Below are positions 56,565 through 64,000 of a DNA stretch of 64,000 nt, one piece after another. The position numbers and the translations under genes were made by a program. Origin of the DNA: an uncultured cyanobacterium (lineage in GTDB: Bacteria > Cyanobacteriota > Cyanobacteriia > Cyanobacteriales > Cyanobacteriaceae); the NCBI GenBank assembly GCA_963710605.1, contig CAVQBA010000004.1, forward strand, positions 160,001 through 224,000, given 5' to 3'. The notes beneath the pieces were generated by a model. That model saw nothing but the letters and a program-made list of their open reading frames with translations. It was not told where the DNA came from and searched no databases. The first letter of the stretch is position 1. Each line of letters starts with the position of its first letter.

Positions 56565-57131
56565 ATGAAAGATATTGTTAGAGGATTAAATGTATATTTA
56601 ATTGGCATGATGGGTGCGGGTAAAACTACGGTAGGAGAATTACTTGCTCAAAAATTAGAATATCGTTTTCTGGATACAGATCAACTAATTGAAACCGTTA
56701 CTAACCAAAGTATTAGTGATCTTTTTGCTCAAATGGGAGAAGAGGCTTTTCGTAATCTAGAAACAAGTGTATTAAACCAAGCATCAGCTTATATACGCAC
56801 AGTTGTTTCCACGGGAGGAGGTATTATTTTACGCTCAGGTAATTGGAGTTATTTACAAAATGGGATGGTAATTTATTTGGATGTCCCGATCGAATTATTA
56901 GTTAAAAGATTAACAGACGATCGAACTCGCCCTTTATTACAAAACAACGATTTAACCACCAAACTGACTCAATTAGATCAAGAAAGAAAATCATTGTATC
57001 ATCAAGCCGATATCATCATAACCGTTAGCGAAGATGATTGTGTTGAGGATGTTGTCGCTGAGATTATTAAACAAATTCCGACAAAAGTCAAACAACCATT
57101 TGACATTGAATCGATCGCTATTAACAATTAA
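56565..57131 (+). CDS. aroK: Shikimate kinase
   Basis: GMMGAGKT, STGGG, RPLL. Confidence 0.95.
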   Translation: MKDIVRGLNVYLIGMMGAGKTTVGELLAQKLEYRFLDTDQLIETVTNQSISDLFAQMGEEAFRNLETSVLNQASAYIRTVVSTGGGIILRSGNWSYLQNGMVIYLDVPIELLVKRLTDDRTRPLLQNNDLTTKLTQLDQERKSLYHQADIIITVSEDDCVEDVVAEIIKQIPTKVKQPFDIESIAINN

Positions 57132-57150
57132 TAAAAAGAAAAACATATCA

Positions 57151-57252
57151 CCCGCCTTACAATAAATTGTCAAGGCTAACAGATACCGTTTAATAAATTA
57201 AACTCAAAGAAAGAATCCTCAAATTGTCTGATTCTTATTTTAATTAACTATA
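57151..57252. mobile_element. MITE family A, copy 3 (left end missing)
   Basis: CCCGCCTT…CAAGGCTAA…CGTTTAATAAATTAAACT…TGTCTGATTCTTATTTTAATTAACTATA. Confidence 0.8.
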
Positions 57253-57423
57253 AATTTTAAATTGTCCTTTTCCTTATTACTGAGGGTAATCCATTTATTG
57301 ATTTTATTATTCTAAGACGATCGAAAAAACTTCACGTCCATAAAATGTCATAATAGAAAATAAAAGACGATTAGTAATTATCAATTGTCAACTGTCAATT
57401 GTCAATTGACCTTAGAAATAGAT

Positions 57424-57933
57424 ATGAAAAATATATTAATCCCCCAATTGCTCAAGATGCCGCAACAAACGTATCAATTTGAGCTTAATGATTACATAAA
57501 AGAATTGGAAACTTTAACCCCAATTAAAGGAATTTTTCAAGTTAGTCATCGTCATAATTTTTTGGAAGTTACTTTACTCGCCGATACGATTTTAACTCTC
57601 AGATGCGATCGTTGTTTACAGACATTTAATCATCGCTTAAGAGTTAACACCAGCGAAATCATTCTTTTACAATATGCTTTTGATGAATCCTTATTACCTG
57701 TAGAAAGAGAAATTCTGAGCGAAGATTTATCAGAAACTTTACCTCCTAATGGTGAATTAGATGTTAAAGCATGGATTTATGAACAACTATCTTTGGCAAT
57801 GCCATTAAAAAATATTTGTGAAAATGACTGCAAACCGCCACAAATACAAGAAAAGCAACAAACGAATCAATCAGCTAAAACCGATAATAGATGGTCAGCA
57901 TTAGCTAATTTAAAGTCATTAATTCAAGAATAA
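57424..57933 (+). CDS. YceD/DUF177 family protein (start revised to ATG 57424)
   Basis: CDRCL, EQLSLAMP…C…C, DNRWSAL. Confidence 0.88.
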   Translation: MKNILIPQLLKMPQQTYQFELNDYIKELETLTPIKGIFQVSHRHNFLEVTLLADTILTLRCDRCLQTFNHRLRVNTSEIILLQYAFDESLLPVEREILSEDLSETLPPNGELDVKAWIYEQLSLAMPLKNICENDCKPPQIQEKQQTNQSAKTDNRWSALANLKSLIQE

Positions 57934-58002
57934 AGAATATAACTAATCAATTGAAAAAAGAGAATCTTGCTTAATTCTTAATCAGCAAAAATCAACTTTA
58001 AT

Positions 58003-59517
58003 ATGAATCAATTTAATCAAGAATTTGCCTTATTATTAAGGGCTTGTTATCCTTTAATCTATATTCCTAGTCAAGAAGAAGAAAGAGTTGAGAAAACTAT
58101 TAAGCAAATCGGGCAAGATTTAGGTAATCGCCAAGTCTATATTTGGGATTTTGTTGATGGTTATCAAGACAATCCTAATAATAAAAATATTGGTCGCCGA
58201 AATCCTTTACAAGCTTTGGAATATATTGAAAAATTACCCAGTAATTCGGGTGGTGTTTTTATTTTACGAGACTTTCATCGTTTTATTGAAGATATTTCTA
58301 TTTCTCGTAAATTACGTAACCTTTCACGTACTCTTAAAGCTGAACCAAAAAACATCATCATTATCGCCCCTTCTATCAGTCTGCCTGATGAATTAAAAGA
58401 AGTTTTTACTATCACTGAGTTTCCTTTACCTCAAGCTGAAGAAATTAAAAATGAAGTTACACGCTTAATCTCTGCTACTAGACAATCTCTTGATGACCAA
58501 TTTTTAGATGAATTAGTTCGATCGGCTCAAGGATTATCTCTAGAACGAATCAGAAGGGTACTAGCAAGAGCGATCGCTCAAAATGGCAAAATAGAACCAG
58601 ATGATGTCGAACTTATCTTAGAAGAGAAAAAACAAAGCATACGACAAACACAAATACTAGACTACTACCCGACTAAAGAACAAATCTCCGATATTGGTGG
58701 TTTGGATAATTTAAAAGAATGGTTACTCAGACGAGGTAGTGCTTTTAGTGAATCTGCTCGTGCTTATGGATTGCCTTATCCACGGGGGTTATTGCTTGTA
58801 GGAATACAAGGTACAGGTAAATCTTTAACCGCAAAAGCGATCGCTCATCATTGGCATTTACCCTTATTAAGATTAGATGTCGGCAGACTATTTAGTGGTT
58901 TAGTCGGCGAATCGGAATCTCGTACCCGTCAGATGATTCAATTAGCCGAAGCCTTGTCACCTTGTATTTTATGGATAGACGAAATTGATAAAGGTTTTGC
59001 CGGTGCTGATGGTAGAGGAGACTCAGGTACAACTAGTCGTGTATTTGGTACTTTTATTACTTGGTTAGCGGAAAAACAAAGCCCTGTGTTTGTAGTCGCT
59101 ACTGCTAATAATATCCAAAGTTTACCAGCCGAGATGTTACGCAAAGGAAGATTTGATGAAATATTTTTTGTTGGTTTACCTAGTCAAGAAGAAAGAGAAG
59201 CAATTTTTAATGTCCATTTAAGTCGATTACGCCCTCATAATCTAGGTAATTATCAAACTAAAAGACTTGCTTATGAAACTCCTGAATTTTCGGGGGCAGA
59301 AATTGAGCAAACAATCATCGAGGCGATGCACTTAGCTTTTAGCCAAAATCGTGATTTTAATACCGATGACATTTTAACAGCGGCTAGTCAAATCATACCT
59401 TTAGCTCGTACGGCAAAAGAGCAAATAGAATTTTTACAAACTTGGGCATCTTCAGGAAAAGCACGTTTAGCTTCTCGTAATCAATTGATAAATAACTATC
59501 CTAATTCTTCTAATTAA
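58003..59517 (+). CDS. ycf46: Ycf46-type AAA ATPase
   Basis: GIQGTGKS, WIDEIDK, RKGRFDEIF. Confidence 0.88.
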   Translation: MNQFNQEFALLLRACYPLIYIPSQEEERVEKTIKQIGQDLGNRQVYIWDFVDGYQDNPNNKNIGRRNPLQALEYIEKLPSNSGGVFILRDFHRFIEDISISRKLRNLSRTLKAEPKNIIIIAPSISLPDELKEVFTITEFPLPQAEEIKNEVTRLISATRQSLDDQFLDELVRSAQGLSLERIRRVLARAIAQNGKIEPDDVELILEEKKQSIRQTQILDYYPTKEQISDIGGLDNLKEWLLRRGSAFSESARAYGLPYPRGLLLVGIQGTGKSLTAKAIAHHWHLPLLRLDVGRLFSGLVGESESRTRQMIQLAEALSPCILWIDEIDKGFAGADGRGDSGTTSRVFGTFITWLAEKQSPVFVVATANNIQSLPAEMLRKGRFDEIFFVGLPSQEEREAIFNVHLSRLRPHNLGNYQTKRLAYETPEFSGAEIEQTIIEAMHLAFSQNRDFNTDDILTAASQIIPLARTAKEQIEFLQTWASSGKARLASRNQLINNYPNSSN

Positions 59518-59578
59518 AAAAAGAAGACGTTTTGAGAGATAATTTATTCAAGAAGCGTCAACAAAGGGCAAAGGTAGT

Positions 59579-59616
59579 GAGTAAGGAGTAAGGAGTAAGG
59601 AGTAAGGAGTAAGGAG
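59579..59616. repeat. Heptamer tandem repeat (GAGTAAG)x5
   Basis: Read directly. Confidence 0.85.
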
Positions 59617-59669
59617 AAATGAAATAACACCTTGACTACCATTAAAATCCAATACGCCTATCAATGGAG

Positions 59670-59920
59670 TATCCCCCCCATCCTTACGCAGGGCTGTTTC
59701 ATTCAAAGGAAGAAGAAGATAGCTATTTGCTCAAAATAAATAGCTAGAAGCTATTACTACATACAATACGATCGATCGAGAGTGGTTACATTATATTTTT
59801 ACTATAGCAGTAAACAAGTTGTTTTGAATAGTTGAATGAAGTTCCCCCTCCTTTGAAGGAGGAGGGGCTGTCATCTGAATTTATTTCAGATGCTTGTAAG
59901 CCCCGTGGGTTAGGGGTGGT
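59670..59920. repeat. Composite of IS-end-like sequences, a C/G-run repeat and a nested hairpin
   Basis: GGGCTGTTTCATTCAA (59691) … TTGAATGAA (59832); TCCCCCTCCTTTGAAGGAGGAGGGG; CATCTGAA-TTTAT-TTCAGATG hairpin; GGGTTAGGGGTGG. Confidence 0.5.
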
Positions 59921-59929
59921 TGAAACGTC

Positions 59930-62077
59930 CTAAACTTCCTTCATCGATAAACCAATTCTTTTCAACTTCTCATTTATCTCCAATACCTTCACTTTTACAA
60001 CTTGCCCTACTTTTACAACTTCATTAGTATCACTAACAAATCGATCGGCTAATTGAGAAATATGTACTAACCCATCTTGATGTACACCAATATCGACAAA
60101 CGCACCGAAGTTAACGACATTAGTCACAACACCTTCTAATATCATCCCCTCTGTTAAATCGGTTATCTCGTTAATTCCTTCTTTGAAAGTAGCATAAGTA
60201 AACTCAGCACGGGGATCTCTTCCGGGTTTTTCTAGCTCTTGAACAATATCCTGTAATGTAGGTAAGCCAATAGTTTCGGTAACATACTGTTTCAGTTCAG
60301 TTTGTTGTAAATGAGAACTAATTTGCGAAATTTGCGATAAGGGAATATCTAATGATTTAGAGATTGATTTAACTACAGAATAACTTTCAGGGTGAACTGC
60401 TGTATTATCTAAGGGATTATCGCCGTCACGAATACGTAAAAATCCTGCGGCTAATTCAAAAGTTTTCGCACCAAGTTTTTTGACTTTCAATAATTCCTTA
60501 CGAGTTTTGAAAACACCTTTTTGGTTACGATATTCTACTATATTATTAGCGATCGTGGGACTTATTCCAGAGATGAAAGTCAATAACTCTTGAGAGGCAG
60601 TATTCAAATCTACACCGACATAATTAACACAACTTTCGACAGTATCAGTAAGTTTTTGTTTGAGTAATTTTTGATCGACATCATGTTGATATTGCCCGAC
60701 ACCGATCGACTTTGGATCTATTTTAACCAATTCTGCTAAAGGATCTTGTAATCTTCTACCGATACTAATTGCCCCTCTCACAGTAATATCTAAATCAGGA
60801 AATTCATCAATCGCTACTTGACTAGCTGAATAAATAGAAGCACCAGATTCGTTTACCATTACCTTCAGAGGTTTATCAGTTAAATGAGTAAAAACTTGAT
60901 TCATAAACTCATCTGTTTCTCTTGATGCCGTGCCATTACCGATCGCAATTAACTCAATCTGGTATTTTTTTATTAGTTTGACAATAGTTTCTAAAGCTTT
61001 CGCCCTTTGATTATTTCCTGAATGAGGAAAAATAGCTTGATATTCTAAAAATTGCCCCGTCTGCGACAATACCGCTACCTTACAACCTGTACGAAAACCG
61101 GGGTCAAGTGCTAAAGTAGGTTTCATACCCGCAGGTGCAGACAACAACAACTCTCTCAAATTAGCTTCAAAAGTATTAATCGATTCAATATCCGCCCAGC
61201 GTTTTTTTTCCGCCCTTACTTCCCTAAGTAACGCAGGTTTGAGCAAACGATTAAAACAGTCTTGAAGCATAGTCTGATAAAAATCTCTTACCTGACTATT
61301 TTTAGTTTTAATTACCTTTGATTGTAGATAATTTATCACCCGTGACTCATCAAATGCAATCTCCACTACGATGATTTTCTCCGCTTCTCCTCTGAATAAA
61401 GCTAAAACATTATGAGGGGCAATATTAGTTAGTTTATTTTCAAAATGACGATACATTTCGTACTTAGTGCTACCTTCAGGATAATCGTCTTTCACCTTAG
61501 AAACAAAAATGCCATTAGCCAAGAAAAAATCACGTAAATAAGCTCTCAATTCTGCTTTTTCGGCTACTTCCTCAGCGAGGATATCAGACGCACCATTAAA
61601 CGCATCTTCGATCGTTTCTACTTCTGTGGTTAAATATTTTTGGGCTTCTTTACTCAGTGCTATTGCCTGAGATTGAGGATTATTAAAACTTTTAATTGTC
61701 TCAGCAAGAGGTGTCAAACCTTTCTCTTTAGCGATCGTTGCTCTGGTACGTCTTTTGGGTTTAAATGGTAAATAGAGGTCTTCTAGCTCATTTTTCTGAC
61801 GACAGCTAACGATTTTGGCTTGAAGTGCATCAGTTAATTTATTTTGAGAAGCGATCGATTCTAAAATAACCTGTTGACGTGCTTGTAACTCTTCTAAATA
61901 AGTAAAACGCTCTTGAATATCTCTCAATTCTATCTCATTTAAAGAGCCTGTCAATTCCTTACGATAACGAGCTACAAAAGGAATAGTTGAGCCTTCGGCA
62001 AATAAATCCAAGGCACTTTTAACACGATCTAAATTTAAAGATAATTCTGTCGCAATTACTTGAGCAATATCAAACAT
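59930..62077 (-). CDS. tex: Tex-family RNA-binding transcription accessory protein
   Basis: IPFVARYRKE, LDPGFRTGCK, GVGQYQHD, C-terminal S1 domain. Confidence 0.95.
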   Translation of the reverse strand: MFDIAQVIATELSLNLDRVKSALDLFAEGSTIPFVARYRKELTGSLNEIELRDIQERFTYLEELQARQQVILESIASQNKLTDALQAKIVSCRQKNELEDLYLPFKPKRRTRATIAKEKGLTPLAETIKSFNNPQSQAIALSKEAQKYLTTEVETIEDAFNGASDILAEEVAEKAELRAYLRDFFLANGIFVSKVKDDYPEGSTKYEMYRHFENKLTNIAPHNVLALFRGEAEKIIVVEIAFDESRVINYLQSKVIKTKNSQVRDFYQTMLQDCFNRLLKPALLREVRAEKKRWADIESINTFEANLRELLLSAPAGMKPTLALDPGFRTGCKVAVLSQTGQFLEYQAIFPHSGNNQRAKALETIVKLIKKYQIELIAIGNGTASRETDEFMNQVFTHLTDKPLKVMVNESGASIYSASQVAIDEFPDLDITVRGAISIGRRLQDPLAELVKIDPKSIGVGQYQHDVDQKLLKQKLTDTVESCVNYVGVDLNTASQELLTFISGISPTIANNIVEYRNQKGVFKTRKELLKVKKLGAKTFELAAGFLRIRDGDNPLDNTAVHPESYSVVKSISKSLDIPLSQISQISSHLQQTELKQYVTETIGLPTLQDIVQELEKPGRDPRAEFTYATFKEGINEITDLTEGMILEGVVTNVVNFGAFVDIGVHQDGLVHISQLADRFVSDTNEVVKVGQVVKVKVLEINEKLKRIGLSMKEV

Positions 62078-62305
62078 TGGTTTAAATAATGAATAATTAA
62101 TAATTAATAATTAATAATTCACTATAGTAACACCCGCCCAAAACTTAATCACTGTAAGAATATTTATCTTAAAGTCTTTTTCCTCAATATTAAATAAGAT
62201 TAAAAATTGTACTAATTGTCAATTACTAAAACTAAATCTCAACAAATAGAAAAATGATCTAAGATGAGGTTTGGTATCTTGTTAGTTCAATCAATATTTT
62301 ACTTA

Positions 62306-63430
62306 ATGGAAAATACTCTCAAAAAATCAGATTTCGTCTTAAAACCTTACATGAAAAGTAATGATTGGAAAGCAACCTATCAAGTGCTTAATACATTAGT
62401 TCCATATTTACTTTTATGGTTTTTAGCTTATAAAGCCGCTCAAATATCTTTTTTATTATTACCGCCAATTATTATTTTGCTCGTTCTTTTTTCCTTACGT
62501 AGTTTTTCTTTAATGCACGACTGCGGACATTATTCGTTATTTCGATCGAAAAGAGTTAACCGTATTGTCGGTTTTATTTTTGGTTTAGTTAATGCGATGC
62601 CCCAATATTGGTGGGCAAAAGATCATGATTTTCATCACAAAACTAATGGTGATTGGGAAAGATACAGAGGGATTGGTGATTTTTTATCTACTGAAGAATT
62701 TGACAATTTAACACCATTAAAACAAAAAATGTACGCTATTTTTACCCATCCTTGGATTATTTTTCCTGGTGGTTTTTTCTATTTAGCGTTTAAACCACGA
62801 TTAATCTTGATTACAGGTGGAATTGATTTTATCAAACATATCGTTTCTTGTTTAAAAAAAGACAAGTCAATGACTATCAAAGAAATTATCTATTCACACG
62901 ATTCTATTTATTGGTTTTCTGAAGCTGAATTTTGGGATGTACTTTTTAATAGTATTTTTGTCGTCGCCGGATGGATTTGGTGTTGTCAAGCGATGGGTAC
63001 ATTTTTCTTTTTGAGTGTTTATAGTATTGTTTTAACTTTAGCCGCCGCCTTTTTTGTCGCTATCTTTTTTGTGCAACATAACTTTGAAGGTGCTTATGCT
63101 AATACAACTGAAGGTTGGGATTATTTGACTGGGGCAATTGAGGGTAGTAGTTTTTTAGAAATGCCCGCTATTTTACGTTGGTTTACTGCTGATATTAGCT
63201 ATCATAATATTCATCATCTTTCAGCTCGGATTCCTAACTATAATCTCAAGGCTTGTCATTATAAAAATGCTCATTTACTTAACCAATCAAGTACATTGTA
63301 TTTGAGCGATATTGGTGATTGTGCTAAATATGTGTTGTGGGATAATGTTAATAATAAATTAGTTTCAATCGCATCACACACCCAAAAACAACCTAACTAC
63401 AATTTATCTGCTCAAGGAATTAAAACCTAA
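62306..63430 (+). CDS. Membrane fatty acid desaturase (start probably ATG 62306)
   Basis: His boxes HDCGH, HDFHH, HNIHH, plus QHNFE. Confidence 0.88.
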   Translation: MENTLKKSDFVLKPYMKSNDWKATYQVLNTLVPYLLLWFLAYKAAQISFLLLPPIIILLVLFSLRSFSLMHDCGHYSLFRSKRVNRIVGFIFGLVNAMPQYWWAKDHDFHHKTNGDWERYRGIGDFLSTEEFDNLTPLKQKMYAIFTHPWIIFPGGFFYLAFKPRLILITGGIDFIKHIVSCLKKDKSMTIKEIIYSHDSIYWFSEAEFWDVLFNSIFVVAGWIWCCQAMGTFFFLSVYSIVLTLAAAFFVAIFFVQHNFEGAYANTTEGWDYLTGAIEGSSFLEMPAILRWFTADISYHNIHHLSARIPNYNLKACHYKNAHLLNQSSTLYLSDIGDCAKYVLWDNVNNKLVSIASHTQKQPNYNLSAQGIKT

Positions 63431-63440
63431 TCGTAGAGTT

Positions 63441-63466
63441 AGGGCTTAGTAATACTAAGCCCCTAC
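63441..63466. repeat. REP-like palindrome
   Basis: AGGGCTTAGTAATACTAAGCCCCTAC. Confidence 0.7.
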
Positions 63467-63590
63467 AATAATAATTGGCGAATTTTTGATGATCGATTAT
63501 CCATCATCTTGTTGTTAATTTATCGCTTATTGAAAGTAAAATAAATGAAGTCGTTACAGATAGGTTTTTATAATCAGTTTATTTTATTTT

Positions 63591-64000
63591 ATGAATTATC
63601 AGACTTTACCAGGTAAAACATATCCTCTTGGTGCAAAAGTGGAAGGAAAAGGCGTTAACTTTTGCCTTTATTCTAAACACGCTCAAAGTATAGAATTGTT
63701 ACTCTTTGATGATGTTGCTCAAAATCCTAGTCAAGTTATTAAATTAGACTCTAAAATTAATCGAACCTATCATTATTGGCATATATGGGTAGAAGGAATT
63801 ACGAGTGAACAAATATATGCTTACCGAGTGTATGGAGATTATAAACCAGAAGAAGGACTCCGTTTTGATGGGAGTAAAGTATTATTAGATCCTTATTCTA
63901 AAGCCGTTGTCGGAGATGATATTTACGATCGTCAGATGGCAAAAAGATATGGAGTCGATAACTGTCTTCGTAGTATGAAATCTGTCGTTGTCGATACTAG
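63591..64000 (+). CDS. glgX: Glycogen debranching enzyme, partial (runs off the window)
   Basis: Manual translation MNYQTLPGKTYPLGA…GVNFCLYSKHA…YWHIWVEG…YAYRVYG…LLDPYSKAV. Confidence 0.9.
   Translation, partial: MNYQTLPGKTYPLGAKVEGKGVNFCLYSKHAQSIELLLFDDVAQNPSQVIKLDSKINRTYHYWHIWVEGITSEQIYAYRVYGDYKPEEGLRFDGSKVLLDPYSKAVVGDDIYDRQMAKRYGVDNCLRSMKSVVVDT

Overview
AT-rich chromosomal window from a unicellular cyanobacterium. Marker genes (psaC, raf1, ndhD2, petF, ycf46) and a strongly over-represented CGATCG core with variable flanks suggest a Geminocystis/Cyanobacterium-like lineage (inference). Most of it is core genome: cheA/patA-type taxis genes, mutS2, a BON/DUF2382 stress cluster, rne-rnhB, a B12 radical SAM fusion, argF, gghA, purE, hik2, ureG, sigB, fni, serA, prmA, cysS, a hybrid kinase, pyrH-frr, aroK, ycf46, tex, a desaturase and partial glgX. 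There are two accessory patches, at about 14.3-15.7 kb and 22.8-27.6 kb. The larger one holds two abutting MITEs, an array of toxin-antitoxin modules in which several toxins are truncated while antitoxins persist, and a very AT-rich, translationally coupled three-gene operon (4-TM protein, an unannotated 43-aa membrane peptide, a DUF6414-like protein). That operon is the best candidate for an undescribed, possibly anti-phage, system. Six frameshifts in four conserved genes and two CGATCG>CGATTG nonsense changes look like long-read or methylation-linked assembly errors. No rRNA, tRNA or CRISPR array was seen. Family names come from recognising protein motifs by eye, not from database searches.
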